DNA of 64,000 bases from the NCBI GenBank assembly GCA_964016885.1, contig CAXHJY010001449.1:10782-74781 (forward strand), given 5' to 3'. Positions 29,812-43,429 of this stretch are shown one piece after another. Positions within the stretch are counted from its first letter, which is position 1. Every line of letters starts with the position of its first letter. The notes under the pieces are model-generated. The model worked only from the letters and a program-made list of their open reading frames with translations. It did not search any database and was not told where the DNA came from. This stretch comes from Eledone cirrhosa. Lineage: Eukaryota. Both the position numbers and the translations under genes were made by a program.

Positions 29812-30000
29812 CAGGTGGATTGGCAGTATCGGTAGAGGGTCGGACGCCATGCTTTCCAGCATAGTTACGTCCCTTTACGATCTGAGTTCAAATCCCGCCG
29901 AGGTTGACTTTGCCTTTCATCCTTACGGGGTCGATAAAATAAAGTACCAGTAATGCACTGGGTAATTGCTGGCCTTGTGCCTAAAGTAGAAACAATTATT
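29812..30000 (+). mobile_element. Near-complete tRNA-derived SINE
   Basis: Pol III A-box-like tggcagtatcgg, B box gagttcaaatcc, conserved centre gcctttcatccttacggggtcgataaaataaagtaccag (resembles Meta-type SINE domain; unverified), AT-rich end. Confidence 0.85.
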
Positions 30001-30116
30001 ATGTATACAGTTAAAAGTTTGTGTCCATTATATATATTAATTACTAAAAACAACGATTGTTGAGAGATTTCTCCTGCTTACTTCTGTTTTTACCAAAACA
30101 ATTTTTTGGACGTTAA

Positions 30117-30312
30117 GGTTTTTACCGTGTTACCTACACGGCCATATTACAGCGTGGACTGTGTTTTTTTGTCATGACACCTACACAACCTCATTTATTT
30201 AGGACTGGATGTTGTGGTACCAACATAACTTTACAGAGAAAGGGGTGGTGTTGATGGGGTGGGTTGGAGGAGTTGGGGTAGTGGGATGGGGGGGTGCCTA
30301 CTGACTGTAGGC
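30117..30312 (-). mobile_element. Inverted, diverged fragment of the RTE 3' UTR
   Basis: Reverse complement aligns to 34369-34565 (tgtaaagttatgttggt...acagtccacgctgtaat..ggccgtgtagg.aacacggtaaaaacct). Confidence 0.8.
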
Positions 30313-30323
30313 ATACATATATG

Positions 30324-30372
<49 letters not shown>

Positions 30373-30376
30373 GTAT

Positions 30377-31041
30377 ATGTTAAATACGGGAGTTTTTGTC
30401 GTATTGAACAGAACAAATCTTGTATTTTTGTTTTTTGTTAATCGCTTGTTAAACACGGGGATCGCATACAATCCTAACCTTCCAACAAACCTTAATTCCT
30501 TTAATTCCTTAATTCTATCGTATTCTCAAAACAAAACAAAATCCTTCCCTTCTTCTGCTTCTTATAAATTCCTTTAAATATATTATGCTACTTCGAAAAC
30601 TCAAAAATCCCGCTTCTACCCCCAGATCCCCTCTCTCTACTTCACGAGGGCCTGCGGTCAGCCACCCCAACACCTACATCCATCTCTCTCTCTCTCCCCC
30701 TCCCCCTCTCTCTCTCTTAGCTACATATATATATATAAGATAAAAACTCCCCTTCAAGTTACTCACTTTCGCCAATTCATTTGCTGTCCCTACTACGGTG
30801 TATCATGTAATCGTAATGTACACATTTTTCTATCAACTCCACGATTCAATTTCGTACCTAGTCCAAACATCCAATCTTGCAAAATCCTAAATGTAGCGAA
30901 AGTTTTCCTAAAGCAAATCTGTATTTTTTGTTATTTATGTTAAATACGGGAGTTTTTGTCGTATTGAACAGAACAAATCTTGTATTTTTGTTTTTTGTTA
31001 ATCGCTTGTTAAACACGGGGATCGCATATAATCCTAACCTT
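30377..31041. repeat. 105-bp direct repeat pair (30377-30481 and 30937-31041)
   Basis: atgttaaatacgggagttttt...atcctaacctt occurs twice 560 bp apart with one visible substitution (tac/tat). Confidence 0.92.
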
Positions 31042-34000
31042 TCAGCTAGCTACCCAACACCCCTCCTCATTGTAATTACGTGGACCAATCATAACCCCGA
31101 GCCCCCACGCATCACCATTATTATTACGCGGACCAATCATAAGCCAGAGGCCTATACTATCGCTTGCCCGGTTGCCTTTCGATATATGATGGATGGATGG
31201 ATGGACTGCGGAATCCTGGAGAGTGGAAGAGAGAGAAAAATCTGGACGCTCAGCGAAAATGCCAAAGATAAAGACAAATTCACCTCGTGGACGAGAATGC
31301 GAGCACTCCTCTTTGTTTCGACCGCGGACGGCTAACATAACCCCATCTCCCCCCGCCCCCACCCTCCAAACGCAATCCAAAACTTCAGAGTTGGTACCAT
31401 AAATGTAGGCACCCTAAAGGGTCGCGCTAACGAGGTTGTAGAAATGCTTGAACGTAAGGAGGTCGATGTTTGTTGTATTCAAGAGACCAGGTGGAGGGGT
31501 GGGTCTGCTAGATTCATTGAGGGTAAAAAACGATGTTATAAGCTTTTCTGGGTGGGAAACGACGATGGGCTGGGTGGAGTAGGAATCATGGTAGCAGAAA
31601 AGTGGGCAGATAAGATAATAGACGTAAATAGAGTGAACGACAGAATAATTAAAATACGACTTGTCCTCAATAGAACTACGGTGACAGTAATATCTGCGTA
31701 CGCACCCCAATCCGGACTGCCCGGCACTATAAAACACAGATTATATGAGACACTGATGCTCACCACCTCCCAAATAACCGACAGTGACTATATAATTATT
31801 GCAGGCGACCTAAATGGTCACGTTGGACAACATTGTGATGGCTACGACGAAATCCATGGAGGCTATGGGTTTGGTACTAGAAATGAGGAAGGCTCCAGAA
31901 TCCTGGAATTCTGTGACGCAAATAACCTAACTATCTGTAACACTAACTTCAAAAAACGTGACAATCACCTGATCACCTATAGATCCGGGGAACACACAAG
32001 CCAGGTAGATTATATCCTTACCAGAAGACGTGACAGAGTGTCTGTTGTAAACACTAATTCCCTCCCCCATGAAGAATGCACCTCCCAACATAGACTGATA
32101 ATTAGCGACCTCATAGTCAGGACGAGACGTACTCGACAGCAGAAGAGGACTATCCTCAGGAGAAAAATATGGAAGCTAAAGGACCCCACAGCCAGAAATA
32201 AATTTCAGAGCATATTACTTGATGCTTTCGACAGTAAGGAAGAGCATTTAGAGTCGGACAATATAGAGGGACAGTGGGAATTTCTGAAAGCAAACCTGCT
32301 GATGGCGACAGACGAAGTCTGTGGCTGGAGCAGGCCTGTAGGCAGGAGGAGAGTAACATGGTAGTGGAACAGTAAGGTGGAGGGGTCAATTAAGGCCAAA
32401 AAGCAGGCTTGGAAAGTATGGCGGGATGGGGGAAGTAGAGAAGACTATCAAGTGGCCAGGAGGGAAGCTAGGAGACAAGTGTACTTCGCAAGAAGGGAAG
32501 CAGAGGAAAGAAAGTTCAAGCATGTTCTACAACGCGAGGACCAAAAACGTGGGGTGTTCAGGATTGCTAGGCAATGCGTCAAGGAAAACCGTGATATTGT
32601 CGGGGAGAAGTGTGTACTTAATGATGACGGCGTACTTGCCATCACCGACGCTGATAAGAAGGTAGCTTGGAAGTGTCACTATGAAAGGCTACTAAATGAG
32701 GAGAATAAATGGGAGAAAGACAGTCTCCCCCACATCGACCCAATAGAGGGACCAGCAGTGTTAGTCGAGGGGAGTATAATAAGTAAGGCAATCAAGGATA
32801 TGAAGACGGGTAAGGCGGCTGGGCCTTCGGAAATAGTTGCTGAGATGCTGAAGGCATCTGGCACGGTGGGACACACCATGGTCACCCGCATAGTTAACCA
32901 AGTCGTACAGAATGGGGTTGTTCCGAAGGACTGGCATAGCAGCATCATTGTTCACTGTTATAAGGGTAAAGGAGATGCCCTAGATAGGAGTAACTATAGA
33001 GGCATTAAATTAATCGACCAGGTCATGAAGGTTACGGAAAAAGTAATAGCGCAACTAATCAGAGAGTGAATTGATCTAGATGAAATGCAGTTTGGGTTTG
33101 TGTCAGGAAAAAGTACCACAGACGCTCTTTTCATTGTACGACAACTACAGGAGAAGTACCTAGCTAAAGGTAAACCCCTCTACTTAGCTTTTGTCGACTT
33201 GGAGAAAGCCTTCGACAGAGTCCCCCGCTCCATTATCTGGTGGGCTCTTAGAAAACTAGGTGTTGACGAATGGCTTGTGAGAGCTATACAAGCCATGTAT
33301 AAAGAAACAGTGAGCAAGGTTAGAATTAACAACGAATATAGTGAAGAGTTTAGCGTAAAAGTTAGCGTCCATCAGGGCTCTGTTCTCAGCCCCTACTATG
33401 TATTATTGCCCTTCAGGCTATGAATCAATGGCCGAGCTAGAGAAGAAATTCCAAACATAGAAGCACGGCCTAGAATCAAAAGGACTTAAAATTAACCTGG
33501 CTAAGACTAAAGTTCTAGTTTGTAGGAAAGAAAATAAGGCGGCGGTCCCTTCTGGGAAATGGTCATGCTCAGTGTGTAGGAAAGGCGTAGGTAGAAACTC
33601 CATTTTATGTCCCAAATGCAAAGTATGGGTGCATAAAAGATGTAGTGGGATCACAGGTAAGCTAACTAAGAACATAGATTTTACATGTGGCCGGTGCTCT
33701 GGTGCAATAAGTAGCAGCAAGTGCCCACAAAATACTAGCTCTTTCAATTGCGCAGAGGGTTCTATAGAAATAGTGGACAGCTTCCGTTACCTGGGCGATA
33801 AAATCAGCAGTGGGGGAGGGTGCTCTGAAAGTACAGTAGCTAGAGTCAGAACTGGTTGGAAAAAGTTCAGAGAGCTTATACCACTATTAGCTGCTAAAGG
33901 GTTCTCCCTAAAAATGAAAGGCAGGTTGTATGATGCCTGCATACGAACAGCAATGTTGCATGGCAGTGAGACCTGGGCACTGTGTGCAGAGGATATACGC

Positions 34001-34738
34001 AGACTAGAGAGGAACGAAGCTTGCATGTTCCGCTGGATGTGTAACAGTAATATACGTGAACGGCAAAGCATAAACGAACTAAGGAAAAAATTAGAAATAA
34101 GAGGGATCAGATGTTGTTTACTCGAGAGAAGGCTACGTTGGTATGGACACGTGATGCGCATGAAAGCCGATAGCTGTATAACAAAGTGCAGGGCAATAAA
34201 GATAGACGGTAGCCACGGAATACGCAAACCTAGAAAAACCTGGGACGAGCTGATAAACTCCGACCTCACACACTTACACCTCTCCAAGACAATGTCACTG
34301 GACCGAGACCTTTGGCGGTACTCAGTAACAGAGAAGACCCGCCTTACCTAAATACATAGTAAAACCTACTACAGCCAGTAGGCATCTCTAACAAAATACA
34401 ACCCGTTCCAACACCCCCACCCCATCCACACCACCCCGTTCTATGTAAAGTTATGTTGGTGCCGCGCCATCCAGGCCGAAACAAATGAGATCGTTTAGGT
34501 GTCACGGCAAAAAAACACACAGTCCACGCTGTAATGTGGTCGTGTAGGCAACACGGTAAAAACCTCCCAGACCCACACTATAAATGTGGTTGGTGTTAGG
34601 AAGGGCATCCCACTGTAGAAAACCTACCAGACAGTCCTATGCGAGCAAGACAATCACTCTTGCCTCAAGTGGGAATACGCCCGTTCAAACCCATGCAAGC
34701 GTGGAACACGGACGTTAAACGTTGATGATGATGATGAT
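31042..34738 (+). mobile_element. RTE-clade non-LTR retrotransposon, near full length, inactive
   Basis: APE endonuclease + RT coding region, ~390-bp 3' UTR, (GAT)n tail running into (TA)n; 5' boundary uncertain. Confidence 0.93.
31336..34351 (+). pseudogene. RTE ORF: APE endonuclease, reverse transcriptase and PHD finger; disrupted
   Basis: APE motifs GTINVGTL, IQETRW, SAYAP, GDLNGH, VDYIL, SQHR; RT motifs NYRGIKL, QFGF, FVDLEKAFDRV, HQGSVLSP, FRYLG, LRWYGHV. Stops at 32362, 33067 and ~33458, frameshift at ~33392, deletion at ~33420 removing YADD. Confidence 0.93.
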
Positions 34739-36150
<1,412 letters not shown>

Positions 36151-36205
36151 ATAAAATATTAAACAAATAATGAACAAACAATTCCTTATATTAAACAAAA
36201 AAAAG

Positions 36206-36360
36206 TTCACTATTTAACGATCGTTTCTAGGGTATATATGTGTTATAATTGGTATGCATATTCAACAGATCTATGTACAAAATTATACAAAATTATACAA
36301 ATTATCAAGATTAAATATACATACCTAACACATATATACGCCGTCTTCAGAAATAATGAA
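36206..36360 (-). ncRNA. Type I hammerhead ribozyme motif in the 3' pLTR of PLE A
   Basis: Reverse complement of 43275-43429. Confidence 0.75.
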
Positions 36361-36939
36361 GTATATTTATTGATAATAACAACAATTCAAAATATCAGTT
36401 CAAAATTGACCAATGAAAACACAAAGGGTTAAAAGCAGTTCGGTGTGTGTATATACATGTAAAACCCTTACACATATTTTACAATAATGTGTGTATAATT
36501 TGTATGCGCATACTAAAAAGATGGATGCAAACACAAAATTTCAAGGTTAATATCTCTGTAAGCTTAATGCGCTGATAAGATGCGCATTGATACTTATGGA
36601 GTCAAGCATATAAATATATTTTTTCATACTCACACATATCAGTATAATCACACATACATGCGCGTATATGCATAAATATACACATAACCACGAACATACA
36701 AACACACACACTCCCCCACTCACATTTATATATGTGGATATAAAATCATAAGCACATAGAAATTAAGTCACTCACATAAAACACTGGCACACACATTTCA
36801 AGATCAAGATACAGAAATTAGGTGGGAGGGGGGGGAGGGGTCAGTATTCAATTGTCTGAGCAGACTGCCTAATATAAATGTATCTATAAATTAAGAAAAA
36901 TAAAAAAATAAAAACAATAAAATATAATAAATATAATAT

Positions 36940-37181
36940 AATGTACATACACATACAGATATATATACACATACATACATGTACGCGCACATAGAGATAT
37001 TTACGCATACACACATACACACATACATATACAGTCATACACACACATACACTTACACGAACATACACATACACATATAAAAAGATATATATATACACAC
37101 ACACACACGCGCAACACATACACACATACACATATATATAAAAAATAGATAATAAAGATATATATCCATATATGTATATAT

Positions 37182-37236
<55 letters not shown>

Positions 37237-37325
37237 TATACACATACATACACATACATCTAAATATACATACACATACATACACACATACATGTACATA
37301 CATGTACATACATATACGCACATCG

Positions 37326-37373
<48 letters not shown>

Positions 37374-37707
37374 TCACATAGACATAAAGATACATACACA
37401 CACAACTTACATACACACGTATATATATATATATATAGATGTACCTTCATACATAGAATTAGATATATAATCATACATACATATGCACCTACTTATACTC
37501 ATATAAATAAATACATACGCTTCCATATATGTGTATATACATAAAAAACAATACCACCTCACCAAACTCAGACATACAAATGAAAATAATAATAAAAAAA
37601 CGCATATGTATATACATACACACACGCATTAATAGAGATATATATATATACACACATACACACACATATATATATATACATACACACACACATATATACA
37701 CATACAT

Positions 37708-37752
<45 letters not shown>

Positions 37753-37756
37753 TAGA

Positions 37757-37793
<37 letters not shown>

Positions 37794-38248
37794 ATATATA
37801 TCAACACACTCATACCACCATAAATACACATACAAACACCCACATGTATATATATATATATATATCTATATACACACACGTATACATATATATATACATA
37901 TATACATATATATATATATATACACACACATAAAAAACAGACATGCACATATATATATATATATATATTTCATTACTCTTATATATACACATATTATATA
38001 TACATACACAACCTCACTTATACACATATACACATAAGTTATATTACAATAATAATAAAGAATAATATACATATATATATATACATATACATATATATAT
38101 ATATATATATATACATACATACATACACATACATACATACACATAAATATATACATACATAAATACACACATACGAATAAAGACATATATTCACACATAG
38201 ACACCTATATATATATATATATATATATATCTATATATATATATACAC

Positions 38249-38279
<31 letters not shown>

Positions 38280-38740
38280 CACACACACACACACACACAG
38301 ACACACATACACACTCACATATATATATATATATATATGTGTATGTGAGTGTGCGCACATACACATATATACACACACACATACAAACACACACAAACAC
38401 ATACATATGCATACGTGCACACACACACACATATATCACATAGATACGAAGATAAACATATAAATAGAGAGACATACATAAATATACACAACACATATAC
38501 ACATACATACATACACGCATATACATATACATACATATATACACATATATATATTCCTATATATACAAGCATACACATACATACACATATATACACATAC
38601 ATACACATATACATACAACACATTCACATACACATACATATATAATACATATATATACATATATATACATACATATGTATGTACAATCATATATACACAC
38701 ACAATCTTACATTCATATTTGCATGCTCATATATGTATTT
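36940..38740. repeat. Degenerate (TA)/(CA)/(TACA) low-complexity tract inside the PLE A 3' region
   Basis: Mixed dinucleotide runs; a smaller tract lies at 39380-39545. Confidence 0.9.
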
Positions 38741-40000
38741 TTATATTTAGATATAAATACCCAAACCTATATAGACACCTACCTACATATATATTCTTAC
38801 ATAGACGCTTACAAATACAGATGATAATAGTATGGGGGAAAGGGGGGGTTTGGAGAAGGGGATCAAAGTAAATATATGTTTCAAGAAACATATAATATTT
38901 TCCGTATCTTAATTCAATGTATGTTCTTACATATTTTCAGTGCTAGGAAATACGAAATCTATGCATCTCAAAATAAATAAGTATACCATTAATCATATGT
39001 TAACTAAACCAAAGATAGTCAACATATTGATTTCTAAGGTGTAAATTAGTTAGGTTTATAATATTTGAAGCAGAATTTTGAAGTCAAACAGTAGTAGATT
39101 ATTAATTACATTATAACTAAATTAAAGTTAATAACGTTATGGTATCAATATTAGGAGATGAATTTAGTAATAGGGAAAAGAAACCCAAATAAAAATAAAA
39201 TAAAGTATTACATCGGTAGTAGCATATAAATTATATGTTAACTAAATTAAAAATTATATATTTATTTCAATAGTATACGTTAATTAGTATATGTTAATTA
39301 GGTATACAATACATAAAGCAGATATTGTATTTCATCAATAGCATAATATAATTATATGCAAATAAAAATCAAAATTAATACGCATACATATACATATACA
39401 TACACATACACATATACATACATATACACACATATATATATATATATACATATATATACATATATACATATATACACACATAAACATACATACAGATACA
39501 CATACACAACACACACATATACATATACATATACATATACATATCTTTTTCAAAAAATTGCACAGAATATATTAACTAGGTATATATCCAAAACACATCC
39601 CATTCTATGATTACATGACATTCTGCAATTCGTCTGTATAAGGATACTAATTTTAAGCAAATTAAAATTAAAGTTTTAGGTTGATTAAAACTAAAACCAA
39701 ATAATAAATATATTTCCAAAATGTATATTAATTAGGTCTATAATACTAAAAATTCTTTCTCCGTCATTGGATACATGATATTATTTTGTTATATTTTATC
39801 TGTAAACGAATTATAATAAAAGGTTTAAATAAATTAAAATTAATCTATAAATTAAATTACTAAGTATATATTAGTAATATTTAAAGGTTTTTCACAATTT
39901 ATGATTACATAATATTTTCTCATCTGTAATAAAATATTAATTAAATTAAATTTATAGGTTAACTAACATTTAAATTAAATTAATTTCTAGAATAATGTTA

Positions 40001-42463
40001 TTAATTAGGTTTATAATATTTAAATGTTTTTTTTAGTTTATGATTACACGATATAATTAATTCCTGTCGTTTATTTAATAAGATATCCTTAGACTTCATT
40101 ATTTCAAATAGTTCTTGGGAACATAATCTACATTCCTTTCTATTATTTTGATAAGGGGTGGCTCTTTTGAGCACACTCCAGGTCAAATCATATTTTATAT
40201 TCTTATTTTTATAACTATTGATTTTTTCTGCTAGAGATGTTGTATTAGCCAGTGCGGCATTTTTAAAACTATGTTTGTGGGTATTAAACCTTGTCTTAAA
40301 ATTGTTAGAGGTAGCTCCTATATATGAGCAAATAGAATCTTTAGTTTTAACATTACATTTATAGACTATGTTGTTAACAAGACAATTCCCTTTTAATGGG
40401 CAGTTTGTTTTGTTTCTACAGTTACATCCTTTCGTTAATTCTGTATTTGAGGAGATATTATTGTTAATTTGATGTACTGGTGGTATACTTATGGTTTTCT
40501 TACATTTATATGCATTATATGCACTTATATTTTGTTTTATGTTATTTGTTGTAGAGTATGAGAATTTAACTGTAGACCTATTTAAGATTTGATGGTATTT
40601 GTGGTTTGGCGGGAAGTTTTTCTCAAGGATATAAAAAAATTTTTTAGCAATATTATCCTTAACTTGTAAATTAAAAGGAGCATTATACCAAGTAACTCGT
40701 CTATTACGGTTTCTATGTTGTTTATTATTTTTATTATTTTTATAGGTTGTATCATGATTTTTACTAGGAGGATTAATGTTAATGATCTCACCACAACTAT
40801 TTTTAGTTATATTTGTAGATTTAGGTGTTTTATCTTTTTTATTAGGAGTTTTATTATTAATATTTATTATAGTTGTATGATGAGTAGTTTTTTGAGGGTT
40901 ACTATACTTTATATTAGAAGATTTAGTATTTTGGGGTATATTGTGGGTGGCATTTAGGTGTGTACTTTTCATTTGGTGTTTGTTGGTAATATTATGCTGT
41001 ATGCTTTCAGTATTTTTAGTAGAAGGTATATACTCTAATCTATTTTTGTGGCCACTTCTATCTAGAGCTTCATTATAAAAGGTCGCATTTTTATCAAATA
41101 CATCTTGGTTAGAAGAAAGGTTAGAAATTCTAAGTGATATATTATATGCAAGGTTTTTAAGGATAGATTTAGGGTGATTAGATTGTGAGTGTATGTAATG
41201 TAAGTTTTGGTTAGGTTTATGGTAAGGTTGGTATATACCCGTAGCTAAATCTAAAGTTATATCTAGGAAATTTACTACTTTACTTGTTTTTTCAAAAGTA
41301 ATATTAAGATTATAATAGTCTTTAAGGAAAGTTCTAATATGTTTTTTGTTTTTTTCGATTTCTGAAAGGCTAAGGTTGTTAGAAAGAAGAAGACAGTCAT
41401 CACGATATAAACCACCTTTGAGGTGGGGAAAAGAGGCATTTATGTTGAAAAGGAGAAAGAGGCCCACAAGATCAGTAATTTGGGCGGAATCGCTTGAACC
41501 CATAGTAATATCAAAAAGATTACTGTATGTGTTTCTGGTCCAGTATTCATTCTGAAATTCAATAAGTGTTAGTCTAGCATGTGTAATAATGTTAATGTCA
41601 TCCGAAGTTAAATTAGATCTATTTTTAGCAAATATTAATGCTTTGTTCAGGAGTATGGGTGATATAGAAGAATAGTAATTATCTATATCAAATTGTAGGA
41701 AAGAAGCAGAAGATTTACACCTAATATTTTTAAACCAATTAATTACCTGGGAGGTGTTTTCCCAGAGTGGTAAAATAACGTATTTTCTTATTTGTGGGAT
41801 GACTCTATCTAAAATTTTTTTGCTAATTATTCCAATATCTGATTTGGAGGGACATATAAGTCTAATAGAAGGATTAGAGTTAAAGTTAGATTTGTGATCT
41901 TTCAGGTTGAAGTGTGGTCTTTTCAATGCCAAAGGTTCAGTTCTATCTTCAATATTTAGTTTTTTTACTATGTTGTGTGTTTTGTTGTTGATGTTGGTGA
42001 GTGACACATTATTAGATTTTTTATAATTTTTTCTGAGTTCTTTATATATGAACTCATTATAATGTTCAATATCCATATGATACAAGTTACCAGTTTTGTC
42101 CGAGTGGACATGGATTTTTTTAGACTTTTTTAGGTCCAATAGGGTAGAATCAAGGTCCTTTTGAAAGACGGATTTATACTTTTTAAATTTGAGGTGTTTA
42201 ATTAAATTAAAAAGGTCTTTCTCGAAGTCTTCAAGTAAAAAGTTGTGTGGTGGATTCTTGTAAGTATTGAAATCATACATATATTTCCGATCTGCTTGTT
42301 TAGATTTTCTATCGAAGTGGTAGGCTCTCCATCTAACCCTTCTGATAAAATTATTAGTTTTCTGAATCATAAGGAGTAAGAAGTCGTCCTTAGAAGGTAT
42401 TGGTATGTTTTTTAAGGAGGTTCCTAGATATTGTTTTTCCATTGTGATATGGATGATGGACAA
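40001..42463 (-). CDS. PLE reverse transcriptase + GIY-YIG endonuclease, 820 aa, intact frame
   Basis: RT motifs QFDIDNYYSSI, DITMGSSDSAQITDLVG, GLYRDD, NFLDITL; linker CNCRNKTNCPLKGNC (CxCx5C); EN motifs NIVYKC...YIGATSNNFKTRFNTH...CRLCSQE...LNKRQE. Confidence 0.93.
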   Translation of the reverse strand: MSIIHITMEKQYLGTSLKNIPIPSKDDFLLLMIQKTNNFIRRVRWRAYHFDRKSKQADRKYMYDFNTYKNPPHNFLLEDFEKDLFNLIKHLKFKKYKSVFQKDLDSTLLDLKKSKKIHVHSDKTGNLYHMDIEHYNEFIYKELRKNYKKSNNVSLTNINNKTHNIVKKLNIEDRTEPLALKRPHFNLKDHKSNFNSNPSIRLICPSKSDIGIISKKILDRVIPQIRKYVILPLWENTSQVINWFKNIRCKSSASFLQFDIDNYYSSISPILLNKALIFAKNRSNLTSDDINIITHARLTLIEFQNEYWTRNTYSNLFDITMGSSDSAQITDLVGLFLLFNINASFPHLKGGLYRDDCLLLSNNLSLSEIEKNKKHIRTFLKDYYNLNITFEKTSKVVNFLDITLDLATGIYQPYHKPNQNLHYIHSQSNHPKSILKNLAYNISLRISNLSSNQDVFDKNATFYNEALDRSGHKNRLEYIPSTKNTESIQHNITNKHQMKSTHLNATHNIPQNTKSSNIKYSNPQKTTHHTTIININNKTPNKKDKTPKSTNITKNSCGEIININPPSKNHDTTYKNNKNNKQHRNRNRRVTWYNAPFNLQVKDNIAKKFFYILEKNFPPNHKYHQILNRSTVKFSYSTTNNIKQNISAYNAYKCKKTISIPPVHQINNNISSNTELTKGCNCRNKTNCPLKGNCLVNNIVYKCNVKTKDSICSYIGATSNNFKTRFNTHKHSFKNAALANTTSLAEKINSYKNKNIKYDLTWSVLKRATPYQNNRKECRLCSQELFEIMKSKDILLNKRQELIISCNHKLKKTFKYYKPN

Positions 42464-43274
42464 TTGAAAGAGCTCAACTAAATGTATATGGGTTTACAAA
42501 ATCATACATATATATATGTTTATACATAAATATAAAATTAATACACTCATACAGTACAAAAATACGAATATTTCCGTGAAAATAGGAGCAAAATTATGTA
42601 GATAAATCTACCAAGAGTTTACGGTAGTGTCCAATCCGTATGAAGAACTCAATGTATTCCGGATATCATGGAAAGAAGAGATGTAATGAAAATCCACTTT
42701 CGGTGAAAGATAAACGGTATACAGAGTCAAGATAAAATATTAAACAAATAATGAACAAACAATTCCTTATATTAAACAAAAAAAAGTTCACTATTTAACG
42801 ATCGTTTCTAGGGTATATATGTGTTATAATTGGTATGCATATTCAACAGATCTATGTACAAAATTATACAAAATTATACAAATTATCAAGATTAAATATA
42901 CATACCTAACATGTTATGTGTATATTTAAATATACATACCTAACATGTTATGTGTATATTTATGCATATACGCGCATGTATGTGTGATTATACTGATATG
43001 TGTGAGTATGAAAAAATATATTTATATGCTTGACTCCATAAGTATCAATGCGCATCTTATCAGCGCATTAAGCTTACAGAGATATTAACCTTGAAATTTT
43101 GTGTTTGCATCCATCTTTTTAGTATGCGCATACAAATTATACACACATTATTGTAAAATATGTGTAAGGATTTTACATGTATATACACACACCGAACTGC
43201 TTTTAACCCTTTGTGTTTTCATTGGTCAATTTTGAACTGATATTTTGAATTGTTGTTATTATCAATAAATATAC

Positions 43275-43429
43275 TTCATTATTTCTGAAGACGGCGTATA
43301 TATGTGTTAGGTATGTATATTTAATCTTGATAATTTGTATAATTTTGTATAATTTTGTACATAGATCTGTTGAATATGCATACCAATTATAACACATATA
43401 TACCCTAGAAACGATCGTTAAATAGTGAA
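43275..43429 (+). ncRNA. Type I hammerhead ribozyme motif with long stem II (inverted pLTR of PLE A)
   Basis: Stem I ttcattattt/aaatagtgaa; CTGAAGA 43285-91; stem II gtatatatgtgtta/taacacatatatac plus ggtatgtatattta/tgaatatgcatacc; GAAA 43408-11; palindromic stem III cgatcg; GUU triplet. Confidence 0.75.

Noticed and set aside
31270-31340. HDV-like ribozyme at the RTE 5' end (ttcacctcgtgga...cggctaac)
   Set aside because: Only an L3-like word and ggctaa are visible; I could not build consistent P1, P1.1 and P2 pairings by eye. A descriptor search would settle it.
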